The notes beneath the pieces are model-generated. The model did no database searches, was not told the DNA's origin, and was given only the letters and a program-made list of their open reading frames with translations. The translations under genes and the position numbers were made by a program. Below, piece after piece: positions 9,232 through 18,946 of a DNA stretch of 64,000 nt; within the stretch, counting starts at the first letter, position 1, and every line of letters starts with the position of its first letter. The stretch is taken from assembly GCA_963714095.1 (NCBI GenBank), contig OY970230.1:724103-788102 (forward strand). The letters run 5' to 3'. This stretch comes from Candidatus Gottesmanbacteria bacterium (lineage in GTDB: Bacteria; Patescibacteriota; Microgenomatia; UBA10105; UBA927).

Positions 9232-10940
9232 CATTTTCGTGCCTTGCAAAGTATTTTCAGCGTCTTGAGGCAACAGCGTCACGCATAGCGATGACGGAAA
9301 TTTTGGCACAGCTTTTCAAAAAAGCTCGACCTCAGGAAATCGGTGAAATTTGTTATCTCCTACAAGGGCGTACTGTTCCTCTCTACGAAGCCGTTGAATT
9401 CGGTGTTGCCGATAAATTTATGATCCGCGCAATAGCACTGGCGTATAACGTATCGGAAGACGCAGTCCGCAAAGCGTTCAAAAAATCCGGAGATTTGGGA
9501 ACCACCGCGGAATCGTTTCATAAAGGCGGCGGAACCCTGAGTGTGTCGGAGGTCTATCATATGCTCGATGCACTTGCGCGGGTGGCAGGAGCGGGATCAC
9601 AGGAGAAAAAAATCGGATTGCTTGCGGATTTATTGAGTCACGTGGACGTGGTATCCGCCCGTTATATCGCGCGGATTCCCCTGGATAAACTGCGCCTGGG
9701 ATTTTCGGATATGACAATTTTGGATGCTCTTTCCTGGATGGAAACGGGGGATAAGTCCCTTCGAGGGAGACTGGAAGCGGCATACAATGTCCGGCCGGAT
9801 ATCGGACTCTTGGCGATGGAAGTAAAAAAGGAAGGGCTCGCGGGACTCTCACATATCCATGTAAAAGTCGGGGCGCCGATATTGGCGTCGCTGTGTGCCC
9901 GGCTTCCCAATGCCGACGAGATGATTAAAAAAATGGGGGAGGTGGCCGTTGAGCCCAAATACGATGGGGTTCGGGTGCAAATCCATTTCAAGCGCAGTAC
10001 ATTTGTGTCGTCATTTTCGCGGAATCTTGAAAATACAACAGTTATGTTCCCGGAACTCAAAGATATCGAGAGTGAAATAACAGCTGATGAGGTTATTCTG
10101 GATAGTGAAGCCGTCGGCTACGACAAAAAAAATGACAGACTGATTTCATTTCAGGATACGGTCACGCGAAAACGGAAACACGCGGTCGCGCAGGCCTCTC
10201 AAACCATTCCGATAAAGTTTTTCGTTTTCGATATTCTTTACAAAAACGGGAAAGAATTGTTGCCGCTCCCGCTTTCCGAACGTCGAAAAATTCTCAGAGA
10301 AACACTGAAACAGAAAGAAAATGAGCGGCTCATGCTTTCACCGCAGATTGTGACACACGATGCGAATATGATCCGTCAGTACCACGATGAACAACTCAAA
10401 CGGGGCCTGGAGGGCGCAGTTATAAAAAAGTGGGACAGCGTCTACGAACCGGGCCGGGCCGGTTATCACTGGGTAAAATTTAAAGAAGAAGAGGGCAAAA
10501 CCGGGAAACTCACCGATACTATAGACGCCGTCATCATGGGATATTATCGCGGGGAGGGGAAACGAAGTAGTTTTGGGATCGGCGCGTTTTTGGTGGGTGT
10601 TGTGCGCGGTGACTCTATCGTTACGGTGACCAAAATCGGGACCGGTGTGTCAGACGAATTATGGAAAGAGATCCGTAAGCGCCTGAACGATATAAAAGTC
10701 GCTCATGCGCCGAAGGAGTATAAAGATGTCAATAAAATGCTCATTCCGGATGTCTGGGTAGCGCCCAAAATCGTTGTGGAGCTGGCCGGCGATGATCTAA
10801 CCCGTTCACCTACACACGGTGCCGGCATTGCAGTGCGGTTTCCCAGGCTCGTTCGCATCCGCGACGACAAATCTCCGCGGGACGCGACAACGGTCTCCGA
10901 GCTCACCAAAATGTACAAAAATCAGGGATCTAGAGTATAA
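9228..10940 (+). CDS. ATP-dependent DNA ligase (LigB-type)
   Basis: Adenylation motif I KYDGVRVQIH (KxDG) is present. The N-terminal DNA-binding domain beginning YFQRLEATASR is typical of archaeal/eukaryal-type ligases. Confidence 0.85.
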   Translation: MTFSCLAKYFQRLEATASRIAMTEILAQLFKKARPQEIGEICYLLQGRTVPLYEAVEFGVADKFMIRAIALAYNVSEDAVRKAFKKSGDLGTTAESFHKGGGTLSVSEVYHMLDALARVAGAGSQEKKIGLLADLLSHVDVVSARYIARIPLDKLRLGFSDMTILDALSWMETGDKSLRGRLEAAYNVRPDIGLLAMEVKKEGLAGLSHIHVKVGAPILASLCARLPNADEMIKKMGEVAVEPKYDGVRVQIHFKRSTFVSSFSRNLENTTVMFPELKDIESEITADEVILDSEAVGYDKKNDRLISFQDTVTRKRKHAVAQASQTIPIKFFVFDILYKNGKELLPLPLSERRKILRETLKQKENERLMLSPQIVTHDANMIRQYHDEQLKRGLEGAVIKKWDSVYEPGRAGYHWVKFKEEEGKTGKLTDTIDAVIMGYYRGEGKRSSFGIGAFLVGVVRGDSIVTVTKIGTGVSDELWKEIRKRLNDIKVAHAPKEYKDVNKMLIPDVWVAPKIVVELAGDDLTRSPTHGAGIAVRFPRLVRIRDDKSPRDATTVSELTKMYKNQGSRV

Positions 10941-10951
10941 TAAAGGCCACA

Positions 10952-11770
10952 ATGGCTATCCACTATTCCATTATTATCCCAACTTTAAACGAGGAAAAAT
11001 TTTTGCCGAAATTGCTGGAGTCACTCACTGCTCAGACGGACAAACATTTTGAGGTGATTGTTGTGGACGGGTCCTCTAAAGATAAAACAGTTGCGGTCGC
11101 TCAATCATTCGCCTCAAAACTGCCGAAATTACAGGTTATTATCAGTAAAAAAGCCAGTTTGCCGCTTCAGAGAAATATTGGAGCCAAAGTAGCAAAAGGG
11201 GAATGGCTCCTTTTTATTGACGCCGACGGCATACTGTTGCCCTATTTTCTAGAGCGGTGTACGACATACATCAGATCTGCGGAACCAAAGCTGTTTACCA
11301 CATGGTTCCGGCCGGATAGTGAAAATCCCAAAGATGCGGTCTATACACTGCTTGCAAATATTTATATTGAAGCAACTGTAATCTTTAAGAAGGCTCATGC
11401 CCCCGGACCACTGACAATCATCCATCGGAGCGCCTATACGAAAGTCGGCGGTTATGATGAGAGCCATGCCTTCCATGAAGACGTTGATTTTGGCATCCGG
11501 CTTTTCCGTGAAGGAATCCGTATGGAAATCCTTCGGGAATCGCTGTGTGTATGGTCGCTTCGCAGGTTTCGGAAAGAAGGAACAATTAAAGTGTTAAATC
11601 AATACATTGTGGGGATGCTGCCCGTGTTGTTTTTAAACACATCATTTAAACACATGCCCGGGTATGTTATGGGAGGACATCCCTATAAGAAACAAAAGAA
11701 TACTGCAAGAAAAACAATTAAAAAATTCGAACGAAGTTTCAAAAAACTCCTCAAAGAACTGTTTGAATAA
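10952..11770 (+). CDS. glycosyltransferase family 2
   Basis: N-terminal IIIPTLNEE and the DAD (DxD-like) motif FIDADG. Confidence 0.7.
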   Translation: MAIHYSIIIPTLNEEKFLPKLLESLTAQTDKHFEVIVVDGSSKDKTVAVAQSFASKLPKLQVIISKKASLPLQRNIGAKVAKGEWLLFIDADGILLPYFLERCTTYIRSAEPKLFTTWFRPDSENPKDAVYTLLANIYIEATVIFKKAHAPGPLTIIHRSAYTKVGGYDESHAFHEDVDFGIRLFREGIRMEILRESLCVWSLRRFRKEGTIKVLNQYIVGMLPVLFLNTSFKHMPGYVMGGHPYKKQKNTARKTIKKFERSFKKLLKELFE

Positions 11771-11788
11771 GTACGGTATAATGCCGGT

Positions 11789-13102
11789 ATGCAGATTATT
11801 GCTGACCTTCAACTTCATTCTAAATATTCGCGTGCGGTATCGCCCAATATGGTGCTCCCTGAGATTTGCGCGTGGACGCGCCGGAAGGGGATGGGCCTCG
11901 TTGCTACCGGCGACTGGACGCATCCGTTGTGGATGCGGGAAATTAAAGCAAACCTTGAAGAACTCGGTAACGGGCTGTTAAAACTGAAAACCGCGGGTAC
12001 CGACGATCCGTTATTTTTACTTGCAACCGAAGTATCCTGTATTTATTCCCAGGGAGGGCGTGGCAGACGCATTCATACGCTTATTTGGGTGCCGACACTT
12101 GTGTCCGCGGACAAAATCAACAAGGAGATGACGAAACAGGGTTGTAACCTCATGAGCGATGGCCGGCCGATTATCGGGCTCACCTCTATTCAGGTGGCGG
12201 AACTTGTGTTAACCATCGAGCCGCACGCGATGATCATTCCTGCGCACGCCTGGACGCCGTGGTTTTCCGTCTTTGGCAGCATGAGCGGATTTAATAGTTT
12301 GGAGGAAGCATACGGGCCGTATGCAAAAAATGTATATGCCGTTGAAACGGGATTATCAAGTAGCCCTGCAATGAACTGGCGTATTAAAGAGTTGGACTCC
12401 CGTTCCATCGTGTCTTTTTCCGATGCGCATTCCGGTCCGAAGCTTGGCCGGGAGTCAACCGTGTTTGACATTCCTGACGGGAAATTAAGCTATTCGGCAA
12501 TAGAAAACGCTATAAAACAAAAAGGACCGTCAAAAATAGCATACACGATAGAATTTTATCCGGAAGAAGGAAAATACCACTGGTCCGGTCACCGCGCGTG
12601 CAATATCCGCTGGGGCCCCAAGGATATAGAGAAAAAGGGAACCACGTGTCCGGTGTGCGGTAAGCATTTAACGCAGGGCGTGGAACAGCGCGTCGGCGAG
12701 CTTGCAGGACGAAGCGAAGAGTCATTACAGTTAGTAAAAAAGGGCATGATGACTTCAAGCCGCGCGTTTCCAAAAAGACCTCCGTTTGTTATGGTAGTTC
12801 CGCTGCAGGAAATTATTTCTGAATGTATCGGGTCGCCGGTTGCAAGCCCTAAAGTGCAAACGCCCTACCGTCAGCTGACGGACGCGTTAGACGGGGAATT
12901 TACCATTTTATTAAAAGCCTCACACGCGGATATCGCAAAGATTGCAGGGGAACGGGTGGCCGTTGGTGTAGATAAGGTGAGAAGCGGCGATATCGTCATT
13001 GATCCCGGCTATGACGGTGTCTTCGGTGTTGTGAAGCTTTGGCGGGAAGGTGAGGAAAAACCGTTAGTCGATGCTTCGCGCGAGCAGTTGTCGATATTTT
13101 AA
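11789..13102 (+). CDS. PHP-domain endonuclease, endonuclease Q-like
   Basis: The N-terminus ADLQLHSKYSRAVS...LVATGD resembles archaeal EndoQ PHP motifs. It also carries a CPVCGKHL zinc ribbon. Confidence 0.55.
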   Translation: MQIIADLQLHSKYSRAVSPNMVLPEICAWTRRKGMGLVATGDWTHPLWMREIKANLEELGNGLLKLKTAGTDDPLFLLATEVSCIYSQGGRGRRIHTLIWVPTLVSADKINKEMTKQGCNLMSDGRPIIGLTSIQVAELVLTIEPHAMIIPAHAWTPWFSVFGSMSGFNSLEEAYGPYAKNVYAVETGLSSSPAMNWRIKELDSRSIVSFSDAHSGPKLGRESTVFDIPDGKLSYSAIENAIKQKGPSKIAYTIEFYPEEGKYHWSGHRACNIRWGPKDIEKKGTTCPVCGKHLTQGVEQRVGELAGRSEESLQLVKKGMMTSSRAFPKRPPFVMVVPLQEIISECIGSPVASPKVQTPYRQLTDALDGEFTILLKASHADIAKIAGERVAVGVDKVRSGDIVIDPGYDGVFGVVKLWREGEEKPLVDASREQLSIF

Positions 13103-13190
13103 CCATTGACGCCGCGCATTGGCTCCGTTATCGTGGAGATAGTCGTAGTAAAGTAGTAGTGATGGTATTTTTGAGGGGAGGTGAATCGAA

Positions 13191-13517
13191 GTGGCAGCAA
13201 AAAGTAACGAAAATTTACTTGCAGCAGCGTCCTATTTATTGTGGTTCGTGACGGGAATCATTATTCTTCTTGTTGAAAAGCAGAATAAATTTGTCCGTTT
13301 TCATGCGATGCAGTCAACAATATTGTTTGGCGGCATATTTGTCATCAATATTTTTCTGGGATTCATCCCGATATTAGGATGGTTGGTAGGGCTACTCCTG
13401 TCTTTCGTCGCATTTATTCTCTGGATCGTTCTTATGTGGAAAGCATTCCAGGGGGAAACGTATAAGATTCCCTACGTCGGAGATCTTGCGGAAAAACAGT
13501 TGGCGAAAATGAAGTAA
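13191..13517 (+). CDS. DUF4870-like small membrane protein
   Basis: Three TM helices and an FHAMQS motif. GTG start. Confidence 0.4.
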   Translation: MAAKSNENLLAAASYLLWFVTGIIILLVEKQNKFVRFHAMQSTILFGGIFVINIFLGFIPILGWLVGLLLSFVAFILWIVLMWKAFQGETYKIPYVGDLAEKQLAKMK

Positions 13518-13522
13518 CAAGT

Positions 13523-14020
13523 GTGTTTACCAACCGCACTGAAGCCGGCAAGCGCCTGGCAAAAGAACTTGTTTCGTACCGCACGGCGGTAGATTTTGTC
13601 ATAGGCCTTGCGCGCGGAGGCGTTGTGGTTTCATCAGCTTTGTCAAACGCATTAGGTGTTGCGCAGGATGTTCTTGTAGTGAAAAAAATCGGAAGTCCGG
13701 GGAATCCGGAATTTGCCATAGGTGCGCGGGTTCCGGAGGGACAAACGCTCAATGTCCGGGATAAAACAATTATTCTTACGGATGACGGAGCGGCAACGGG
13801 CGCTACGATGGAAGTTGCTATCCGGTGGGCGAAAGAGCACGGCGCAAAAAAAATTATTGTGGCCTTGCCGGTTGCACCACCCGAGACGGCGGCAAAACTT
13901 CAGAAACTCACAGACGACGTTGTTATTTTGGAGACGCCTGGGGATTTTAGGGCTGTCGGACAGTATTACCGCGATTTTACGCAGATAACGGACAAAGACG
14001 TGGTACAATTACTTTCATGA
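13523..14020 (+). CDS. phosphoribosyltransferase family protein
   Basis: PRPP-binding loop ILTDDGAATGATM. 165 aa. Confidence 0.6.
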   Translation: MFTNRTEAGKRLAKELVSYRTAVDFVIGLARGGVVVSSALSNALGVAQDVLVVKKIGSPGNPEFAIGARVPEGQTLNVRDKTIILTDDGAATGATMEVAIRWAKEHGAKKIIVALPVAPPETAAKLQKLTDDVVILETPGDFRAVGQYYRDFTQITDKDVVQLLS

Positions 14021-14583
14021 AACTAATAGTCGGACTGGGAAATCCCGGTGGCCAGTATGCAAGTACCCGCCACAACATCGGGTTTATGGTTGTTGATAAA
14101 TTACTGCGTGAACTCGGCGCAGGTGTTCCGCCGGTATGGCAAAGAGATGAGAAGAAAAATGTGCTGACGGCAAGAATAGGCGAGGTATTATTGGTAAAAC
14201 CTCAGACTTTCATGAATAATTCAGGTTTTGCCGTGCGTGCACTCATGGATTTTTATAAACTCACGCCTGCGGATGTTTGGGTCATCCACGATGATATCGA
14301 TTTGCCGCTCGGCAAGATTAAAATCCGCGAGAAAGGCGGGAGCGCGGGACATCATGGGGTGGAATCTATTATTAATGAATTGGGTACGGATGTATTTATC
14401 CGATTTCGGTTGGGGATTGGAAGGGGATCGGAAGCGAACGACCGATCGGTGATTTCGTTTGTATTGTCGCGTTTCCGCCAGTCGGAGGCAGGTTCGTTTA
14501 AACACCTCATTAAACACGGAACTGAAGCAGTACAAATGGCACTTCTTAAGGGTATCGATGTGGCGATGAATAGGTTTAATTAG
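14017..14583 (+). CDS. pth: peptidyl-tRNA hydrolase
   Basis: The N-terminus LIVGLGNPGGQYASTRHNIGF is the classic Pth signature. Confidence 0.9.
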   Translation: MKLIVGLGNPGGQYASTRHNIGFMVVDKLLRELGAGVPPVWQRDEKKNVLTARIGEVLLVKPQTFMNNSGFAVRALMDFYKLTPADVWVIHDDIDLPLGKIKIREKGGSAGHHGVESIINELGTDVFIRFRLGIGRGSEANDRSVISFVLSRFRQSEAGSFKHLIKHGTEAVQMALLKGIDVAMNRFN

Positions 14584-14585
14584 GT

Positions 14586-14864
14586 ATGGCAGACCAGACC
14601 ACAATTCCCGCGATTGCAGACATCCTCAAAAAATTTAATCCGCTGGAAGATAAGTATATTTCCCGCGAATTCCAATCCTACGGGATATATCTTGCCGAGA
14701 CATTGGGTGATTATAAGCATAAATCGCTGTATATACGCCTGGCAAAAACCGTGCCCCGTGCGGTTCTTGAAAAGGCACTCACGTTTACCAAAGATGCCAA
14801 TGCCAGAAGCCGCCCGCGTCTTTTTATGTGGAAAATGGGGGAGCTGCGGAAAGGGAAAGAATGA
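14586..14864 (+). CDS. hypothetical protein
   Basis: 92-aa ORF packed tightly in the operon. No recognisable motif. Confidence 0.3.
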   Translation: MADQTTIPAIADILKKFNPLEDKYISREFQSYGIYLAETLGDYKHKSLYIRLAKTVPRAVLEKALTFTKDANARSRPRLFMWKMGELRKGKE

Positions 14865-15133
14865 AACGCGTGCATTGTATTATCTCCGGAGATGTTGTTG
14901 GAGTCGGGTATCGCACGTGGGTACAGCATCAGGCAAAGTCATTGGGAGTAACCGGTTGGGTAAAAAACCGTGAAGATAATACCGTAGAATTTGTCGCAGA
15001 GGGCAATGAGTCAATTCTGGAAAAATTTATTGCTGATTGTAAGAAAGGCCCGGATGTTGCATGGGTCGAAGCCGTTTCAGCTTCGTGGCTTCCCGCAAGG
15101 CATGATTTTTTGGACTTTACCGTAGTATACTGA
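14861..15133 (+). CDS. acyP: acylphosphatase
   Basis: VHCIISGDVVGVGYRTWVQHQAKSLGVTGWVKNREDNTVE matches the acylphosphatase signatures. The start is taken at the internal Met of the listed ORF. Confidence 0.75.
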   Translation: MKRVHCIISGDVVGVGYRTWVQHQAKSLGVTGWVKNREDNTVEFVAEGNESILEKFIADCKKGPDVAWVEAVSASWLPARHDFLDFTVVY

Positions 15134-15137
15134 AGGT

Positions 15138-15599
15138 ATGCTTAAACAGATTTTTTCCCGTAAGCCGTTGTTTTTTCTTTTTGTTTCCCTGGGATATTTG
15201 ATAGGCATTGGGTTTATCAAATGGTTTATCCATCCGCCGTTCGGAGCGCTCTGGTTTATTATCGGCGGCGTTATCGGCGTGTATTTATTGGATGCGGCGG
15301 AACTATTTGTCGCTGTTAATCCTTCTCCATTCCGGAGCATTGTATTTTCAGGAGCATTTGTTCTCCTATCCTTTTTTATCGTGACCTCCTCAACCAGTAT
15401 GTTAGCTATCGGGCTGGTGTTATCTTTGTATTTAACTCTTCTCCTTTGGCAGCTTGGGCAGTGGCAGATAACAGGTAATCTCAATAGCTGGTATCGCATG
15501 GTAGAAGGCCCCGTCGCTCGTGCGCTTCAGCTGTGGGGGATGATTATTTTTGCTATTTTTTTTGTTGTAGAAACATTGTTATTCTTGCGCTTTTTATGA
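15138..15599 (+). CDS. polytopic membrane protein, hypothetical
   Basis: 153 aa, four to five TM helices. Confidence 0.4.
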   Translation: MLKQIFSRKPLFFLFVSLGYLIGIGFIKWFIHPPFGALWFIIGGVIGVYLLDAAELFVAVNPSPFRSIVFSGAFVLLSFFIVTSSTSMLAIGLVLSLYLTLLLWQLGQWQITGNLNSWYRMVEGPVARALQLWGMIIFAIFFVVETLLFLRFL

Positions 15600-16093
15600 T
15601 GGAAGAAACATCCCAGCTTTGGCAGTATTTAGCGCCGGATATGCGGGCGCTTGTCCGCGACGGGGAGTTTTTAGTAGAAGACAGTATCCGGCACACCCTG
15701 CCAGTCGCCAGCAGCGCGGCCCGCCCCACTGACTTTTCATACCTCGTATTTCCTTTTGCGAAGCTTTATGAGGGGTTTTTAAAAAAGCTATTTTTGGATA
15801 CGCAGATTATTTCTGAGCGTGATTTTCACAGTGACCATTTCCGTATCGGTAGAGTATTATCTCCCAACCTGGCACGGCGACTCGGCGCACGGAGTGCCTA
15901 TGCGCAGATCAGTGACCGGTACGGCGTAGAGCTCGCGGCACGGCTTTGGCATACCTGGAAAGAGGGGAGAAATATGGTTTTCCATTATTTCCCCCACAAC
16001 TTGCGGTCGCTTACCCGCACCCAGGCCATAGAATTGGTAAATCAATTAGTCGGCACTATGCATGAGGCGGTATTGATACTTGCACCGAAGTAA
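15596..16093 (+). CDS. hypothetical cytoplasmic protein
   Basis: Starts at the internal ATG overlapping the upstream stop (ATGA). No recognisable motif. Confidence 0.35.
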   Translation: MMEETSQLWQYLAPDMRALVRDGEFLVEDSIRHTLPVASSAARPTDFSYLVFPFAKLYEGFLKKLFLDTQIISERDFHSDHFRIGRVLSPNLARRLGARSAYAQISDRYGVELAARLWHTWKEGRNMVFHYFPHNLRSLTRTQAIELVNQLVGTMHEAVLILAPK

Positions 16094-16115
16094 ACGGGTG
16101 GGGTATTGTAATAGT

Positions 16116-16778
16116 ATGGCAGCAAAAAAATCGGCGGTAAGTACACTCAGTCCGGTTTTCAGGTTGTGGGCGTGGATTCTCCTGGCATGGTGCCTGTACC
16201 GGTATTTTTTCAAACTACCCGAGTGGGCAGATGAGTTTATTTTTAAGCCGCTGGTATTCGTAGCACCGGTCATCTGGTACGTCCGCAAGAAAGAAAAACA
16301 GAGTCTGGCAACACTTGGGCTTACCTGGCATAATTTTTTTACCAGTGTCTATATCGGGCTCGGGTTTGGCGTGGTATTTGCTCTTGAGGGGTTGGCGACC
16401 CACATCATTAAATACGGGAAATTGGATGTCAACCCGACTGCTGTATTCCAGCAGTACGGATTTTTCCTCATTATTTTATCGTTGGCGACGGCGTTTACGG
16501 AAGAATTACTTTCCCGCGGATTTGTCTTTAACCGTTTGTACGAGAAAACGAAGAATTTAGCATACTCATCGGTCGTTTCATCCGTGATGTTTATGCTTTT
16601 GCATGTGCCGATTCTGGTTACCACGACCAAGTTGCAGGGGATAACGCTTATCCTCTTTTTGGTGACGGATTTGGTGCTTGGGCTGGCCAACAGCTTACTC
16701 TATTACAACACCGGGTCGCTCGTTGCCCCGATATTGGTCCACATCTTCTGGAACATGACCGTAGCTCTTTACCTCTGA
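16116..16778 (+). CDS. CPBP family intramembrane metalloprotease (CAAX protease / Abi)
   Basis: Motifs EELLSRGF (EExxxR) and HIFWN (HxxxN). Confidence 0.7.
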   Translation: MAAKKSAVSTLSPVFRLWAWILLAWCLYRYFFKLPEWADEFIFKPLVFVAPVIWYVRKKEKQSLATLGLTWHNFFTSVYIGLGFGVVFALEGLATHIIKYGKLDVNPTAVFQQYGFFLIILSLATAFTEELLSRGFVFNRLYEKTKNLAYSSVVSSVMFMLLHVPILVTTTKLQGITLILFLVTDLVLGLANSLLYYNTGSLVAPILVHIFWNMTVALYL

Positions 16779-16842
16779 CGAATTTACGAAAAATCCCCCG
16801 CGGAGCGAGGGATGTTTCGGTTAAACATGTACTTTTTCAATA

Positions 16843-17034
16843 TTATTGCACCATTTGCTGTACCGTCTGAAGCATCTGATTGGCGCCTACTGACTGGCCG
16901 ACATAAAATCCGACAAGTCCGGTAAAAATCGCTATGACCAATATGACGATGATACTCATAAAGTCGAGTGTATGTTTTTTCTGAGGTCGTGTTGACCGTG
17001 GCATAAGTATCACCTCCCTTTCAGACAGATTCAC
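16843..17034 (-). CDS. small single-TM protein
   Basis: 63 aa with a hydrophobic core. Confidence 0.3.
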   Translation of the reverse strand: MNLSEREVILMPRSTRPQKKHTLDFMSIIVILVIAIFTGLVGFYVGQSVGANQMLQTVQQMVQ

Positions 17035-17053
17035 TTTTTATAGTACCATACTC

Positions 17054-17800
17054 TTATTGTGCAAGCCACCCTCCGTCGACGTACAGGGTGGCGCCTGTCG
17101 TATAGCTTGCTTCATCTGATGCAAGATAGACGACTGCAGCAGCAATTTCTTCCGGTTTACCGAGACGCTTGACGGATAAACGGTTAGCCAATGACGATAT
17201 ATCCGTGCCTTTTGTCATTTCCGTATCGATGCCTCCGGGACCGATAGCATTAACCAGAATATTATATTGTCCCAATTCTGCAGCCAGCGCCTCAGTCATT
17301 CCGATAACACCGCCCTTGCTTGCCGTATAATGGACGAGGTTTGCCATACCGATGCCTACTCCTCCGGACGCAATGGACGCTATATTAATAATACGACCCC
17401 ATTTGTTTTTTACCATTTTGCGGGCAGCGGATTGTGCGGCAAAAAAGTATCCTTTCAGATTTGTATCGATAATGAGATCCCACTTTTCTTCAGTCATGGT
17501 AAGAAAAGGGGAGTAGTCAAGTGCCCCGGCGTTATTAACGAGAATGTCAAGCCGTCCGAATGTCGTTACACATGCGGTGACTGCGGCGTCTACGTCTCCT
17601 CTCTTGGTTACGTCCATTGTGACAGCAAGAGCTTCCTTGCCCCGCGATTTAATTTCTGCGGCTACGGCGTCCAGCTTATCCGCGTGCCGTGCGCCGATAA
17701 CGACTTTAGCTCCTTGATTTGCCAGGGCGATTGCTGTTGCTTTTCCCATGCCGCTTGAAGCACCGGTGACCAAAGCTACTTTTCCCGTTAAATCAAACAT
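17054..17800 (-). CDS. SDR family NAD(P)-dependent oxidoreductase
   Basis: TGASSGMGKA cofactor motif and YTASKGG (YxxxK). Start placed at the internal Met, which has a GGGAGAAT Shine-Dalgarno. Confidence 0.85.
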   Translation of the reverse strand: MFDLTGKVALVTGASSGMGKATAIALANQGAKVVIGARHADKLDAVAAEIKSRGKEALAVTMDVTKRGDVDAAVTACVTTFGRLDILVNNAGALDYSPFLTMTEEKWDLIIDTNLKGYFFAAQSAARKMVKNKWGRIINIASIASGGVGIGMANLVHYTASKGGVIGMTEALAAELGQYNILVNAIGPGGIDTEMTKGTDISSLANRLSVKRLGKPEEIAAAVVYLASDEASYTTGATLYVDGGWLAQ

Positions 17801-17802
17801 AC

Positions 17803-18231
17803 TTATTCTCCCTTCCGTTCCAGCATATAACTTTTTACTGCTAAGATAAACAGGATAAACATATTGACTGTGGAGATTGCGCACCACATACAGACGCCCC
17901 GGATGACAAACAGTTCCGTATAGGTGAACCAGAGAGTGAAACATACGCCGAATATCGTCATTCCCAAAATTCCTTTTAATAGATTGATGTTTTTTGAAGT
18001 GCTGCGGATAAATGCGAGGATTGCGATAATCGAGTAACCCAAAAGTCCTACGGATGGTACCGGGATACCCCACAGATAGCTTGCCGGATTTTTACGAACG
18101 AGTTCACAGCCGGAGGATACGCAGACAATTCCGACTTTCCGCAAAAAACTCTGAGTGACGTAGGCGGCGATGAGAATTCCCGTGATGGCAAGGATGAAAA
18201 TAATCCGGTTCAGAAGAACGGTTTGTTTCAT
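17803..18231 (-). CDS. vitamin K epoxide reductase (VKOR)-like membrane thiol oxidoreductase
   Basis: Loop Cys pair CVSSGC and intramembrane CMWC (CxxC). Four TM helices. Confidence 0.45.
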   Translation of the reverse strand: MKQTVLLNRIIFILAITGILIAAYVTQSFLRKVGIVCVSSGCELVRKNPASYLWGIPVPSVGLLGYSIIAILAFIRSTSKNINLLKGILGMTIFGVCFTLWFTYTELFVIRGVCMWCAISTVNMFILFILAVKSYMLERKGE

Positions 18232-18300
18232 ATGTTTACTATATCATACCATCTATGGAATACTAGAGAGATATACATATGTATATGAATAACTGCCCGT

Positions 18301-18946
18301 ATGGATCCTGATGTTATCAAAACACTCGAAATGTTTTTCGGTAGGTTTACGCGCCTGAAATACAAAAAGGGCGAAATCATTCTCCGGGCAGAGGATACAC
18401 CGCAAGGTGTATTTTTTTAAAAAAAGGTTATGTGCGCCAGTATATGGTGGGTTGGTCAGGAACGACACTTATGTTTCATATTTTTAAGCCGTATTCGTTT
18501 TTTCCGATGACGTGGGTAGTCAATAATGAGGAAAGTAAGTATTACCTGGATGCAATGACACCTGTTGAACTGTGGCGCGCGCCAAAAGACGCCGTGAAGA
18601 AATTTTTACGCGAACATCCTTCTGTCGTGTATGATCTGACGCGCAGGCTTCTTTTGGGGTGAGCGGGCTTCGGCGCCGGCTGGAATATTTGGTCATGGAT
18701 AGCGTATATAAAAAAACCATTCTTCTTCTCTCATATTTAGCCGGTAGCGTAGGGTAAAGAGAGGGGGTAAGCGTAGCCCTTCCCGTGCCGGTTACTCATC
18801 GGGAGATAGCTTCGTGGATCGGTACAACCCGGGAAACAGCAACGTTGCAGCTGGCACAACTCAAAAGACTTGGACTCATTTGCAGCCGCCGAAGACACCT
18901 CGTGATTCCCAGCCTTAGGAATCTGGAAAAGGAAATAGCACAGTAG
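18301..18946 (+). pseudogene. Crp/Fnr family transcriptional regulator, disrupted by at least three frameshifts
   Basis: A cNMP-binding N-terminus (KYKKGEIILRAEDTPQGVFF) and a C-terminal HTH (REIASWIGTTRETATLQLAQLKRLGLI) lie in three different frames. One break is at the T7A8 homopolymer near 18403-18425. Confidence 0.6.

Noticed and set aside
18403-18425. Programmed frameshifting or recoding at the T7A8 run in the Crp-like gene.
   Set aside because: Two further independent frame breaks occur downstream without slippery motifs. A pseudogene or consensus error is more parsimonious.
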